From: an uncultured Verrucomicrobiae bacterium | GTDB lineage: Bacteria; Verrucomicrobiota; Verrucomicrobiia; Chthoniobacterales; JAATET01 | Reading direction: 5' to 3' | DNA length: 64,000 bases | Assembly: GCA_963719495.1 (NCBI GenBank) | Contig: CAVRCI010000001.1 | Span: forward strand, 256,001-320,000 | Shown here: one piece after another, positions 29,209 through 39,184 of the stretch | Layout: each line of letters begins with the position of its first letter | How positions within the stretch are numbered: the stretch's first letter is position 1 | Made by a program: the position numbers and the translations under genes | The notes under the pieces: model-generated | Told to the model about the DNA's origin: nothing | The model's input: the letters and a program-made list of their open reading frames with translations, nothing else | The model's database searches: none

Positions 29209-29613
29209 ATGCGCCGCCTGTCCTCCGCCCTCCTCGCCGTCGCGCTCACCGTCGTTCTTTCATCCTGCGGCGAAAGCCCGAAGACGACCATCGAACTCAC
29301 GCGCCAGCAACTCGCGGAATACAAAGCCGACCCGACCGAGGCCAACCGCGCCGAAGTCGAAACCAGCCTCGCCAAGCTCGACGCGCAGATCAACGACCTC
29401 GAAGTCCGCAACAAGACGACGGACGCGAAGATCTTCCGAGCCAGCGAAGAGAGCCTTCGGGCCGATTTCCGTTCCGCCCGAATGACCAATTCCCTCCGCG
29501 ACGCCCAGGACGCCGTCGAAGGAGTCGGCAGCGCCTTCAAAGACGCCGGCCGCACCATCGGCGACGCCTTCCGGGAAGTCACCGGCCGAAACAACCCCAC
29601 CCCCGAACCGTAA
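29209..29613 (+). CDS. Hypothetical helical lipoprotein
   Basis: MRRLSSALLAVALTVVLSSC lipobox; heptad-rich body. Confidence 0.75.
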   Translation: MRRLSSALLAVALTVVLSSCGESPKTTIELTRQQLAEYKADPTEANRAEVETSLAKLDAQINDLEVRNKTTDAKIFRASEESLRADFRSARMTNSLRDAQDAVEGVGSAFKDAGRTIGDAFREVTGRNNPTPEP

Positions 29614-29978
29614 GCCAAACTTCGCAACAGCGAAGTCCCAAGGCGGCAACACCGCCCCCTCCCCCAAACCCAATCATCCTGAGCGACGCGAACTTACGAG
29701 CGGATCGAGCAGCCGGTGATAAACCGATCTACGGCAGCGAAACCCTTTCTTCCAAGTCTTTGCGATCTTTGCGGCCTTCTGTTCGAAGCCTCATTGCATT
29801 TTCCTTCGTTCCCTGGGTCCCTTCTGTTCAGGGCAACCTTTGTTATCCGGCGGCCTTCTCCCGGCCCCATCCAACCCGGATCGCCACGTCCCGGCAAAGA
29901 GTCCGTCCCGTATCCTTCGCGCTCTCCGCGTTCTCGGCGGTCAAAGCACAGACCCCTAATCCCGCAAACGAGTTCGCG

Positions 29979-31910
29979 TCACCGTCCCAGCAACTCGCCA
30001 ACTTTCCGCACCAGCGCCACCGCATCCACCGGCTTCGCCAAATGGTCGTCGAACCCCGCCTGGATCGCCTGATCCCGATCCCGCTCCCGAGCAAACGCCG
30101 TGATCGCCACCGTCTTCAAAACCCGCACCTCTTCCGAAGAATGGTTCCGCAGTTTGCGAATGAAAGAATACCCATCCTCATTCGGCATCCCAATGTCCGA
30201 CAAGACACCGTCCGGCAGCCAGCCCCCGTCGAGCACCGCCATCGCCTCGGCCACGTGAGCCGCCGTTCGCACCTCCGCCCCGGCGCGGGACAACACCCGT
30301 GACATCACGGTCGTCGTGTCTCGCTGGTCGTCCACGACCAACAACTTGACGCCGGTCAAAGCCAGCGCTGGCCCCTTCGCCGGCGCGGTCGACGTCGGCA
30401 ACACGGGCACCGAATATTGATCGCCTTCGAGCACTCCCGTCGCCCGTTGCAGATCGCGCACGGCCAGCACCGGAATCTCGACCACGAACTTCGCGCCCGA
30501 TCCGTCCGTTCGATTGTTCGCCGCAATGGAACCGCCGTGAAGCTCGACCAAGTGCCGCGTGATCGACAACCCAAGACCCAAGCCGCTTTTCCCCCGGGCC
30601 GAACCCCCATCCTGTTGAGCAAATCGCTCGAAGATGCGCGACAGGAATTCGTTCGAAATCCCCGGCCCGTCGTCGACGACCTCCAGCACGACGCTCGATC
30701 CCACAATCTCCAGCGACGCCTTCACCCGCCCATTTTTGGCAGCGAACTTGATCGCGTTCGCGAGCAAATTCCAAACAACCTGCTGCAAACGATCCACGTC
30801 ACCCAGCACCCAACACGAATCTCCGCTCGAAACCGCCGTCAATTCCACCCCGCGAGCCCGGGCGGTCGGACGCAACCCATCGGCGACGCCCACCAGAACA
30901 ACGCGCAAATCCACCTGCCGGATCTGCAACCGAACCTTCCCGGTGATGATCCGCGACACGTCGAGCAGATCGTCGATCAAATGAGCCTGAGCCCGCGCGT
31001 TTCGATCGATCGTCTCGAGCGCCTCGTCGAGCTCGCCCGGATTCTCCACCCCCTGCCGCAACAAACTCGTCCAGCCCAGAATCGCGTTCAGCGGCGTGCG
31101 CAACTCGTGCGACACGACGGCGAGAAATTCGTCCTTCAGCTGATTCGCGTGCGCGACCTCGCTGTGGGCCGCCCGCTCGGATGCGAGGGACCTCTGCAAC
31201 TGATCCCGGGCCGCGGCGGCTTCCTTCAAGGAAAGATCGCGTTGCACCAGGTATCGCCGGACGAGGATGAAGAAGAAGACAACCCCGAGCCCGAGGATGA
31301 GCGCAAAGATCAGCCGCAGCCACTCGTTGAAAGCCCGCCGCTGCGTCTCGGCGGCGAGCACCTCGCGGGATTGCGCGGCGAGCTCGGTGTCGGCGTCCTC
31401 CAATTCGCGGCGCAGTTCCGCCATGCTCTCCCGCCCCTCGTCGGTGTTGACGAGGGCGATCGCCGCCGCCGCGCCTTCCTGTTCATTCAGGCGCAGCACC
31501 TCGGCCATCTCGGCCAGCTTAGCCGATTCGAAGGGTCGCATCCGGGTTCGAAGATCCCGCAGGAATGCTCGCGGGGCCAGACTGCCCGCCTCCTCGACCT
31601 CCCGATCCGCCAACTGGGCGGCGGCCCGCCGGTAGGGCTCCAGATAGGCTTCGTTGCCCGTAAGCAGAAAGCCGCGCTGACCCATCTCGGCGTCGAGGTA
31701 AAGCGCCAGTAACGACTTCACGTCGATCCGCAGACCCTGAATCTCCGCCAGCCGCTGCTGGTCGGCCCGCAGCACGCCCACGGAATACCGTTGGACGAAA
31801 TAATTCGTCGCCAGCAAGAGCAGAATGACCGCAAACACGGCGTTGATGGACCATTTCATGGTGAGCGTCGTGAACAAACGACGCTCACGGCTCCGATGGT
31901 CGTCTTTCAA
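29979..31910 (-). CDS. CHASE3-domain hybrid sensor histidine kinase (TM-CHASE3-TM-HisKA-HATPase-REC)
   Basis: DAEMGQRGFLLTGNEAYLEPY, FLAVVSHELRTPLN, NLLANAIKF, LSDIGMP. TTG start overlaps the upstream stop. Confidence 0.9.
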   Translation of the reverse strand: MKDDHRSRERRLFTTLTMKWSINAVFAVILLLLATNYFVQRYSVGVLRADQQRLAEIQGLRIDVKSLLALYLDAEMGQRGFLLTGNEAYLEPYRRAAAQLADREVEEAGSLAPRAFLRDLRTRMRPFESAKLAEMAEVLRLNEQEGAAAAIALVNTDEGRESMAELRRELEDADTELAAQSREVLAAETQRRAFNEWLRLIFALILGLGVVFFFILVRRYLVQRDLSLKEAAAARDQLQRSLASERAAHSEVAHANQLKDEFLAVVSHELRTPLNAILGWTSLLRQGVENPGELDEALETIDRNARAQAHLIDDLLDVSRIITGKVRLQIRQVDLRVVLVGVADGLRPTARARGVELTAVSSGDSCWVLGDVDRLQQVVWNLLANAIKFAAKNGRVKASLEIVGSSVVLEVVDDGPGISNEFLSRIFERFAQQDGGSARGKSGLGLGLSITRHLVELHGGSIAANNRTDGSGAKFVVEIPVLAVRDLQRATGVLEGDQYSVPVLPTSTAPAKGPALALTGVKLLVVDDQRDTTTVMSRVLSRAGAEVRTAAHVAEAMAVLDGGWLPDGVLSDIGMPNEDGYSFIRKLRNHSSEEVRVLKTVAITAFARERDRDQAIQAGFDDHLAKPVDAVALVRKVGELLGR

Positions 31911-32680
31911 TTCGGAACCTCCCTGGCGAACCGGGGGCCGGCCACGGCTCTCCGCGCTCCCAGATACCGCGCCACGACCGCGCAGGCCAGCGCCCACCCG
32001 ATCCCAACGCACCATCCCGCCAACACGTCAGTTGGAAAATGCACCCCCAGATACAGCCGCGACAAACCGACGAGCACCGTCAGCAGCACCGCCCACGCCA
32101 TGCAGTAGAGTTTCTCCCGGCGCACCGCGGTCGCCGCCGACAGCAGCAGACCGATCGAAAGAAACGTCGCCGCCGACAACGTCGAATGGCCGCTTGGAAA
32201 GCTCATGTCGCTCGTCGGCATCAATCGAAAAGCCAGTTCCGGTCGCTCGCGGTCGAAGAACAATTTCATCGTCACGCTCAGGACCGTCGCCCCGACCACC
32301 GACACCATCAGCAGGGCCACCAACGTCCACTTCCGTCGGATGGCCAGCCATCCCGCGGAGAGCAGAGTGACAAGAGTGAGCACCGCCGCGCTCCCCAACG
32401 CGGTCACGTCGCGCACCACTCGCTGCAACGCCTCCGGCCCGATCGGCGTCCCGAGGTCACCCGGCTGCCGCAAAGCCACCAACACCCCCCGGTCGAAGTC
32501 CGCCGTTGCCCCCTCGCGCACCTCGTCCGCCAATTCCGCAAACGCCCAGGCGCAAACCACGATCACGAGCAAACCCGCCAAGGTCCCGGCCTCGAAAAAT
32601 CCCGACCGCCAACCGGACCACCTCCCCATTCTCGAAAGAGTGCGCCGCACTCGATCCCCCAGAGAATCCGCCCTCCCCAC
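31907..32680 (-). CDS. PAP2-family membrane phosphatase
   Basis: K...RERP, SFPSGH, SRLYLGVHFPTDVLAG; start uncertain (32680 or 32629). Confidence 0.9.
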   Translation of the reverse strand: MGRADSLGDRVRRTLSRMGRWSGWRSGFFEAGTLAGLLVIVVCAWAFAELADEVREGATADFDRGVLVALRQPGDLGTPIGPEALQRVVRDVTALGSAAVLTLVTLLSAGWLAIRRKWTLVALLMVSVVGATVLSVTMKLFFDRERPELAFRLMPTSDMSFPSGHSTLSAATFLSIGLLLSAATAVRREKLYCMAWAVLLTVLVGLSRLYLGVHFPTDVLAGWCVGIGWALACAVVARYLGARRAVAGPRFAREVPN

Positions 32681-32687
32681 GAATCGA

Positions 32688-34136
32688 TTACTCGAACAAG
32701 CCGAGAATCGGCTGCGGATACACGCCCAGCACGAAGATCGCCACCGCCATCACGACCATCGCGATCCGGGCCGCGAGCGACACTTCGAAAGTCACCGCCT
32801 CGTCGGGCGGAGCCTGCCAATACATCGCCCGAGCAATTTTCAGGTAGTAATAAAAGCCCGCCGCCACCGTGACCGCACCGATCACGACCAGCACCACGTG
32901 ACCTTCGGCCAGCGCGGCTTGGAAGATGAACAGCTTGCCCAGGAATCCAGCCGTGAACGGAATTCCCGCCAGCGAAAGCATCGGAAGCAGCATCGCCGCG
33001 GCCAACCATGGAGCCCGTTTCGCCAGTCCGTTGAAGTGCGCAATGTCGTCACCACCCACCGCTTTCGAAGCGATCACGAGCACGAGAAACGCCAACATCG
33101 TCGTGAACAGATACGCCACGAGGTAGAACGAAACCGCCGCGCCGGCCGTCAGAGCCCCCACGCTGGCTACACCCATGAGCAGATACCCCGCGTGGCCGAT
33201 GCTCGAGTAAGCCAGCAACCGCTTGAAATTCGTCTGCGGCATCGCCGCGAGGTTGCCGTAGATCAAGGTCGCCCCGGCCATGATCGCCAACACCGCGACC
33301 AGCTTCGCCTGAACGGTCGGCAACACGTAAAACGGTTCCAACACCCGCAGCAGGACCACAAATCCCGCCGCCTTCGAGCCGACGGAAAGAAAGGCCGTCA
33401 CCGGAGTCGGCGCTCCCTGGTAAACGTCCGGCACCCAGAATTGAAACGGCACCGCCGCGACCTTGAACCCGAGGGCCACCAGCACCAAAGCCACGCCGAA
33501 GAGCAACGCCGTCAAATTGACCCGTGGCAACGATTCGAGCGCCACCCCGATCGCTGCCAAATTAGTCTGCCCAGTCACGCCGTAGATCCACGTGATGCCA
33601 TAGACCAAGAATCCCGTCGAAAGCGCACCGAGAATGAGATACTTCGTCGCGGCCTCCAGCCCGGTCGGACTCCGCCGCAGATACGCGACCATCACGTAGA
33701 ACGAGATCGTCACCAGCTCGAGCGCCACGAAAATCGAAACGAAATCCGCCGCCGAAGCCATCCACATCAGACCCGCGCAGGTGAAAAGCGGCAGGACAAA
33801 AAATTCACCCACCCCGGCCTCACCGCCCACTCCATAGATGAACCGCCGCACGACCGGTGCGTAGTCGATCGACATCACGAGCACGAAAATCGTCGTGACC
33901 AGCGCAAACTGCTTGAAGAGCATCGCGAACGGATCGGCGAGGTAGAAACGAGCGTAGGCCGCGTCCACCGGGATCGCCGCCGGATCGGCCACGAACGAAA
34001 GCCCGAGCACCACCAGCAAGCCGACGATGCCTCCGTAAGCGAAGACCGCTTTCGGAGCCTTCGTCAGGAAGGCCTCGAGCATCAGCAGAACGATGCCGAG
34101 GCAGACGACGGAAATTTCGAGGTAGATCGGGTTCAC
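32688..34136 (-). CDS. nuoN: NADH-quinone oxidoreductase subunit N
   Basis: LEAATKYLILG, FKVAAVPFQFWVPDVYQGAP, KRLLAYSSI. Confidence 0.95.
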   Translation of the reverse strand: MNPIYLEISVVCLGIVLLMLEAFLTKAPKAVFAYGGIVGLLVVLGLSFVADPAAIPVDAAYARFYLADPFAMLFKQFALVTTIFVLVMSIDYAPVVRRFIYGVGGEAGVGEFFVLPLFTCAGLMWMASAADFVSIFVALELVTISFYVMVAYLRRSPTGLEAATKYLILGALSTGFLVYGITWIYGVTGQTNLAAIGVALESLPRVNLTALLFGVALVLVALGFKVAAVPFQFWVPDVYQGAPTPVTAFLSVGSKAAGFVVLLRVLEPFYVLPTVQAKLVAVLAIMAGATLIYGNLAAMPQTNFKRLLAYSSIGHAGYLLMGVASVGALTAGAAVSFYLVAYLFTTMLAFLVLVIASKAVGGDDIAHFNGLAKRAPWLAAAMLLPMLSLAGIPFTAGFLGKLFIFQAALAEGHVVLVVIGAVTVAAGFYYYLKIARAMYWQAPPDEAVTFEVSLAARIAMVVMAVAIFVLGVYPQPILGLFE

Positions 34137-35605
34137 GGCAGCAAAATCGAGGGTGTCACGAACTGAAGGACCATCTGGGGCCGAAACCCGATCGCCAGCA
34201 GAACGACGACGAGGAAGATCACCGACACCTTCGGCCAGAAAGAGATGTCAGCCAGCCCAGCCCAGCGCTCGGGCATCGAGCCGAAGAAAACCTTCCGGTA
34301 AGCGCGCAGCATGTAAACGGCGGAAATCACCACGCCCCACACCGCGATCACCGTCGTGATCTGCATCGCGTTCAGCCCGCTGCCCAATCCACCCCCGCCG
34401 GCGAAAGCCCCAAAGAAGACGAGCAACTCACCGGGAAAATTCGCAAAACCCGGCAGCCCGATCGAAGCCATCGCCGCAAAACCAAAGAGCAACCCCATCG
34501 TCGGCGTCACCTTGCCCAACCCGCCCAACTCCGAAAGCTCGAGCGTCCCGGTCCGCTCGCGGATCGACCCGCAGAGCGCAAACAATGCCGCGATCGAGAG
34601 CCCATGCGCCACCATGAGAAGACCCGCGCCGCTCAAACTCAGCTCGTTCATCGCGACCACCCCGAGGAAAATGTAGCCCATGTGCATCACGCTGGAATAC
34701 CCGAGCATCCAGTCGAGCCGCTTCTGAGCGATCGTGACCAGACCGACGTAAAGCAAGTTCGCCGCGATCAGCACCAGGAAAAGGTTGAGATACTGCTGCA
34801 TCGCCTCCGGGAAAATCGGAACGACGATCCGGATGATGCCGTAGAGGCCGAATTTCTTGAGCACCCCGGCGTGCAGCATCGCCGCCGGGGTCGGGGCGCT
34901 GGCGTAAGCCTGCGGGGCCCAGGTGTGGAATGGAAACAACGAGACCAGCGTTCCAAAACCAAAGAACAACAGGAAGAAGACCCAATCCGGCGGCCGCAGC
35001 TCCCCGCTCAACGCCGCGGACTGCATCGCGACGAGGTCGAACGTCCGACCGCCCTCCGGCATCGCCGCGTAGAGTCCGAGAATGCCGAGCAGCAGCACGA
35101 AGCTGCCGAGCCCGAGATAAATCGTCGCCTTCCAGGCCGCCGCCTGTCGGTCGCCCGATCCCCAGATGCCAATCAGCAGGAAGGTTGGGATCAGCGCGAG
35201 TTCGTGGAAGGCGTAAAGCACGAGCACGTCCATCGACGAAAAGGCTCCCACCACACCGGCGCTGATGAACAACACGCACGCCACGAATAAATCCTCGCGC
35301 TCCGTTTCCGCCGGAATCACCCACACGGCCGCAACCGTCACGATCGCCGCCAGGAGCAGCATCGCCAGACTCAAGCCATCCGCGCCGAATGAAAGCGAGA
35401 TCCCGTAACTCGTCGCCAGATCGAAGGACGACAGAAACTGGAATCCGCCCTTCCCGATATCGTAGAAAAACAGCAGCACCACCGTGAGCGCGAGCAGCAC
35501 GACCGAAAACACCCGCCCAACCAGGCGTCCGCCGCCCGAGACGAGGGCCAGCAACGCACCGACCAGCGGCACCAGAGTCAGAAATAGCAGCGGACTCACA
35601 CTCAT
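34133..35605 (-). CDS. nuoM: NADH-quinone oxidoreductase subunit M
   Basis: FHELALIP, FPFHTW, HAGVLKKFGLYG, YSSVMHMG, GLPGFANFPGE. Confidence 0.93.
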   Translation of the reverse strand: MSVSPLLFLTLVPLVGALLALVSGGGRLVGRVFSVVLLALTVVLLFFYDIGKGGFQFLSSFDLATSYGISLSFGADGLSLAMLLLAAIVTVAAVWVIPAETEREDLFVACVLFISAGVVGAFSSMDVLVLYAFHELALIPTFLLIGIWGSGDRQAAAWKATIYLGLGSFVLLLGILGLYAAMPEGGRTFDLVAMQSAALSGELRPPDWVFFLLFFGFGTLVSLFPFHTWAPQAYASAPTPAAMLHAGVLKKFGLYGIIRIVVPIFPEAMQQYLNLFLVLIAANLLYVGLVTIAQKRLDWMLGYSSVMHMGYIFLGVVAMNELSLSGAGLLMVAHGLSIAALFALCGSIRERTGTLELSELGGLGKVTPTMGLLFGFAAMASIGLPGFANFPGELLVFFGAFAGGGGLGSGLNAMQITTVIAVWGVVISAVYMLRAYRKVFFGSMPERWAGLADISFWPKVSVIFLVVVLLAIGFRPQMVLQFVTPSILLP

Positions 35606-37446
35606 GAAGGCACCACGATGAGATAGTAAATGAGGGCGATCACACCGGCGCCGAAGAAGAAGGCGTAAGCTTGAAGGTTACCCAGCTGCAGGAACCGGAG
35701 GGAGAATCCGAAGGCCCACGTCAGCCGGGAAGTCAGCCCGACCCCCATGCCGTCAATCACCCAGCGATCGAAGAACGCCGAAACCGCCGCCAATCCGTCC
35801 TGAGCCCAACGAACCAGCCACGCGTAGAACGCGTCGATGTAGAGCCGATTCTCGAAGAGCGGGATGCGAATCGGATCCTTGGCCGGCGAGCCCCGGTAGA
35901 TTGCGATCGTCGTCGCGATGCCCGCGAAGACCAGCAACTTCAAAAGAAGCGGGACCCAGAAGGGCACGTGGTGCGGGTGCTCGATGGTGACGAAAATCTC
36001 CTGCAAAAACGAATACCCGAGAAAGATCGAAGGCACCGCCAGGATCGCCAGCGGCACGACCATGATGAGCGGCGATTCGTGCGCGTGCTTGGCCGCGTCA
36101 CTGCGAGGACTCCCCATGAACACCACCCAAAGCAACCGGGTCGTGTAGAGCGCCGTGATGAACACCCCACCCGCCGCGAGCCAGAACCAGGCCCCACCCG
36201 CCTGGTAGGCGTATTCGATGATGAGATCCTTACTGAAATAACCACTCGTGATGTAAGGAAAACCCATCAGCGCCAACCCGCCGATCACCGTCGCGAAGAA
36301 CGTGAGTGGCATCTTGTTCTTCAGCGCGCCCATCTTCCAAATGTTCTGCTCGTGGTGCATTCCCATGATCACCGACCCCGCGCAGAGGAAGAGCAGGCAC
36401 TTGAAGCAGGCGTGCGTGATGAGGTGGAACATCGCCACGCCCTCGACCGGCGCGACCGCGATCCCCATCACCATGTAACCAAGCTGCGAAATCGTCGAAT
36501 ACGCCAGGATGCGCTTGATGTCGTCCTGCTGGATCCCCATCAGCCCCGCAACGAAACACGTGATGCCGCCCACCCAACCGATCACGGTCAGAGCGTCGGG
36601 AGCCACTTCCAGAATCGGGAAGATCCGGGCCAACAGATAGACGCCCGCCGCGACCATCGTGGCCGCGTGCAGCAGCGACGAGACCGGAGTCGGACCCTCC
36701 ATCGAGTTCGGCAACCAGACGTGCAGCGGCATCTGCGCCGACTTACCGACCGTGCCGCAGAAGACCAAAATGCACGCCGCCGTCAGCCACCCCGCAGCCA
36801 CCCCGCCAACGCCAATGGAAGCCTGCACCTCCGAAAACATCAGCGACCCAGTCAGCATCCAAAAAATGAGAATTCCGAGCATGAACCCGAAATCGCCGAT
36901 GCGATTGACCGTGAACGCCTGTTTGCAAGCCTCCGCCGCCGCGTCGCGTTTGTAGAAGTGTCCGATGAGAACGTAGGAGCTCACGCCGACCAATTCCCAG
37001 AAGATGAACATCATCACGAAATTGTCCGCCAGCACGATCCCCAGCATCGAGAACAGGAAGAGCGACAGCCCCGCGAAGTAACGCGAATAGCCCTCCTCTT
37101 TCTCCATGTAACCGACCGAATACGTGAAGACGATCGTGGCAATCGTCGTGACCAGCACCAGCATCAGCTTACTCAGCGAATCGACGACCACACCGATGTT
37201 CGCCGCGAACTGCACCGGCGAATCGGGTCCGAGAATTTTCCCGAGGTCGATCCACTCGATCTGCACCGACTCGACCCCGCCACTCGGCAGCATGAATAAC
37301 CACCAGCTCAACAAACAAGCCAACCCCGACCCGCCAATCGCCAGAATGGCGCTACCCGCCTTGGAATACCGTCCCGCCAACAAAATCGCCGCCGCCACGA
37401 TCAGCGGCAGAAAAAGAATGATGAAAGGGAGCGTCTGCGAACTCAT
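35602..37446 (-). CDS. nuoL: NADH-quinone oxidoreductase subunit L
   Basis: WELVG, NRIGDFG, GKSAQMPLHVWLP..MEGPTPVS, KRILAYSTISQLG. Confidence 0.95.
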   Translation of the reverse strand: MSSQTLPFIILFLPLIVAAAILLAGRYSKAGSAILAIGGSGLACLLSWWLFMLPSGGVESVQIEWIDLGKILGPDSPVQFAANIGVVVDSLSKLMLVLVTTIATIVFTYSVGYMEKEEGYSRYFAGLSLFLFSMLGIVLADNFVMMFIFWELVGVSSYVLIGHFYKRDAAAEACKQAFTVNRIGDFGFMLGILIFWMLTGSLMFSEVQASIGVGGVAAGWLTAACILVFCGTVGKSAQMPLHVWLPNSMEGPTPVSSLLHAATMVAAGVYLLARIFPILEVAPDALTVIGWVGGITCFVAGLMGIQQDDIKRILAYSTISQLGYMVMGIAVAPVEGVAMFHLITHACFKCLLFLCAGSVIMGMHHEQNIWKMGALKNKMPLTFFATVIGGLALMGFPYITSGYFSKDLIIEYAYQAGGAWFWLAAGGVFITALYTTRLLWVVFMGSPRSDAAKHAHESPLIMVVPLAILAVPSIFLGYSFLQEIFVTIEHPHHVPFWVPLLLKLLVFAGIATTIAIYRGSPAKDPIRIPLFENRLYIDAFYAWLVRWAQDGLAAVSAFFDRWVIDGMGVGLTSRLTWAFGFSLRFLQLGNLQAYAFFFGAGVIALIYYLIVVPS

Positions 37447-37769
37447 CAGAACTTCAGAGCATTGAGGTCTTCGACGTGCGTGGTCTGGCGGGCGCGGAAG
37501 AGCGCCACGATGATCGCCAACCCGACGGCCACCTCAGCCGCCGCCACGGTAATGATGAAAAACACGAGAACCTGACCGTCGAAATTCGGCATCCCGTCGA
37601 GTCCCAGATTGAACCGCGAAAACGCCACCAGCGAAAGCGTCGCCGCGTTCAGCATGAGCTCCAGACACATGAAAATGATGAGAATGTTCCGCCGCAGCAG
37701 CACCCCACCCAGCCCGATCGCAAACAGCACCCCGCTCACGATCAGATAATGAGCGAGGGTCACCTCCAC
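37446..37769 (-). CDS. nuoK: NADH-quinone oxidoreductase subunit K
   Basis: [32 protein letters not shown] start approximate (37769 or 37763). Confidence 0.93.
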   Translation of the reverse strand: MEVTLAHYLIVSGVLFAIGLGGVLLRRNILIIFMCLELMLNAATLSLVAFSRFNLGLDGMPNFDGQVLVFFIITVAAAEVAVGLAIIVALFRARQTTHVEDLNALKF

Positions 37770-37782
37770 GAGCCACCCCCCC

Positions 37783-37815
37783 AATCCGAAATCCGAAATC
37801 CGAAATCCGAAATCC
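37783..37815. repeat. Heptamer tandem repeat (AATCCGA) x4.7
   Basis: Read directly; fills the nuoJ-nuoK gap. Confidence 0.9.
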
Positions 37816-37818
37816 CCT

Positions 37819-38322
37819 TCACTTGAGCTCCTTCTTGCTGAGGACCACGCACCCGATCGTCGCCGCCAGCAGCAGAACGCCGATGATCTGAAACGGCAGA
37901 TTGAACCGTTCGAACAACGCCATTCCAAGGGCCGACACGTCGCTCGCCTCGGGGTTGGCCAACGCCGGTTTCGTCATCGCGAAGGACGGCGTCGCCATGA
38001 TCACCTTCGCCAACAGAGCCACGAACCCGCCCAACACCAAGCCACCGCCAATCCAAGCCGGCAAATTCAATTTCCGCCGAATCTCGGTCTTGAGATCCAG
38101 CAGCATGATGATGAAAAGGAAGAGCACCATCACCGCGCCCGCGTAGACGAGAATCTGCACGATCCCGATGAAAAAGGCGTCCAAGGTGATGAACAACGCC
38201 GCCAGCGCGACAAAGGTCATCACCAGACACATCGCCGACGAAACCGGACTGCGGCAGACGACGACACCCGTCCCGAAGGCGAGCATGAGAGCGGCAAAGA
38301 CCCAGAATAGAACCAGCGACAC
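37819..38322 (-). CDS. nuoJ: NADH-quinone oxidoreductase subunit J
   Basis: [21 protein letters not shown]; position in the operon. Confidence 0.93.
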   Translation of the reverse strand: MSLVLFWVFAALMLAFGTGVVVCRSPVSSAMCLVMTFVALAALFITLDAFFIGIVQILVYAGAVMVLFLFIIMLLDLKTEIRRKLNLPAWIGGGLVLGGFVALLAKVIMATPSFAMTKPALANPEASDVSALGMALFERFNLPFQIIGVLLLAATIGCVVLSKKELK

Positions 38323-38397
38323 GGTGAGAAAAAAGCGGTGAAAGGATTGGAAGCCGAGGCTTCGGCGAGGGGTTTTACCAGCCGACCCGCGACCCGA

Positions 38398-38928
38398 CTA
38401 CTTTTTTTCGTTCCACTTGTTCACAACGCCGTTCATCACGCCGCCCAGCTCGTAGAGCTTCTCCTTGTCGTGAACCATTTCGGCCCGCGTGAGACCCGTG
38501 ATCGAATAGTCCTTCCGCAGGTAAATCGCCTGCTCCGGACAAACTTCCTCGCACAGCCCGCAATAAATGCAGCGCACCATGTCGATGTCGAACGCCTGCG
38601 GCTTCTTCTCCACCTTCGCCCACCTGTCGTCCGCCGGGATCTCCGCTGGCTTGATCGTGATCGCCCGGGGCGGGCAGATAAATTCACAGAGCTGACAAGA
38701 AACGCACCGCTCGCGCCCCCATTCGTCCTTCACCAGCGTCGGAGCGCCCCGGTAATATTCCGGCAGCTCGGAGTCCCACTTCTCCTCGGGATACTGCATC
38801 GTCACCTTCGTTTCGCCCGACAACCGCTTGCGGAAGTGGTTGATGGTGATCAACAAGCCGCTGAAGAGCGCGGGAAGATAGAGTTTCTCCGCCAGGGAGA
38901 GATTGGGACGTCGGACGACCAGAGCCAT
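38398..38928 (-). CDS. nuoI: NADH-quinone oxidoreductase subunit I
   Basis: TMQYPEE and two CxxCxxCxxxCP ferredoxin motifs. Confidence 0.93.
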   Translation of the reverse strand: MALVVRRPNLSLAEKLYLPALFSGLLITINHFRKRLSGETKVTMQYPEEKWDSELPEYYRGAPTLVKDEWGRERCVSCQLCEFICPPRAITIKPAEIPADDRWAKVEKKPQAFDIDMVRCIYCGLCEEVCPEQAIYLRKDYSITGLTRAEMVHDKEKLYELGGVMNGVVNKWNEKK

Positions 38929-39025
38929 GAGCAAAAAAGGTGAGTTGAACTAGAATACGTGTGATACCCGCCCCCCGACGCCCCTGTCGAGCGACAAAGG
39001 GCAAAATGCCCCCATCCAAAACCCC

Positions 39026-39059
39026 CGTCATCTCGAGCGAAGCGAAAGATCTCTGGCTT
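39026..39059 (+). repeat. Family A (GTCAT-type) palindromic repeat
   Basis: cgtcatctcgagcgaagcgaaagatctctggctt. Confidence 0.72.
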
Positions 39060-39118
39060 CTCAGAATCAGATGCCCGCCAAGCCCAAAGAGATCCGAGAC
39101 CAGCGAGAATTCCTCCCC

Positions 39119-39172
39119 ATCCTGTTAATCCTGTTAATCCTGTTAATCCTGTAAATCCAGTTAATCCCGTTT
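39119..39172. repeat. 9-mer tandem repeat (ATCCTGTTA) x~6, degenerating
   Basis: Read directly: three perfect and three variant units. Confidence 0.88.
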
Positions 39173-39184
39173 AGTTTGCGCAAG

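Noticed and set aside
29640..29950. Small gene or ncRNA between the lipoprotein and the CHASE3 kinase
   Set aside because: The region is made of degenerate ctttgcg/ctccgcg simple repeats, also seen near 7205 and 54266, with no credible ORF.
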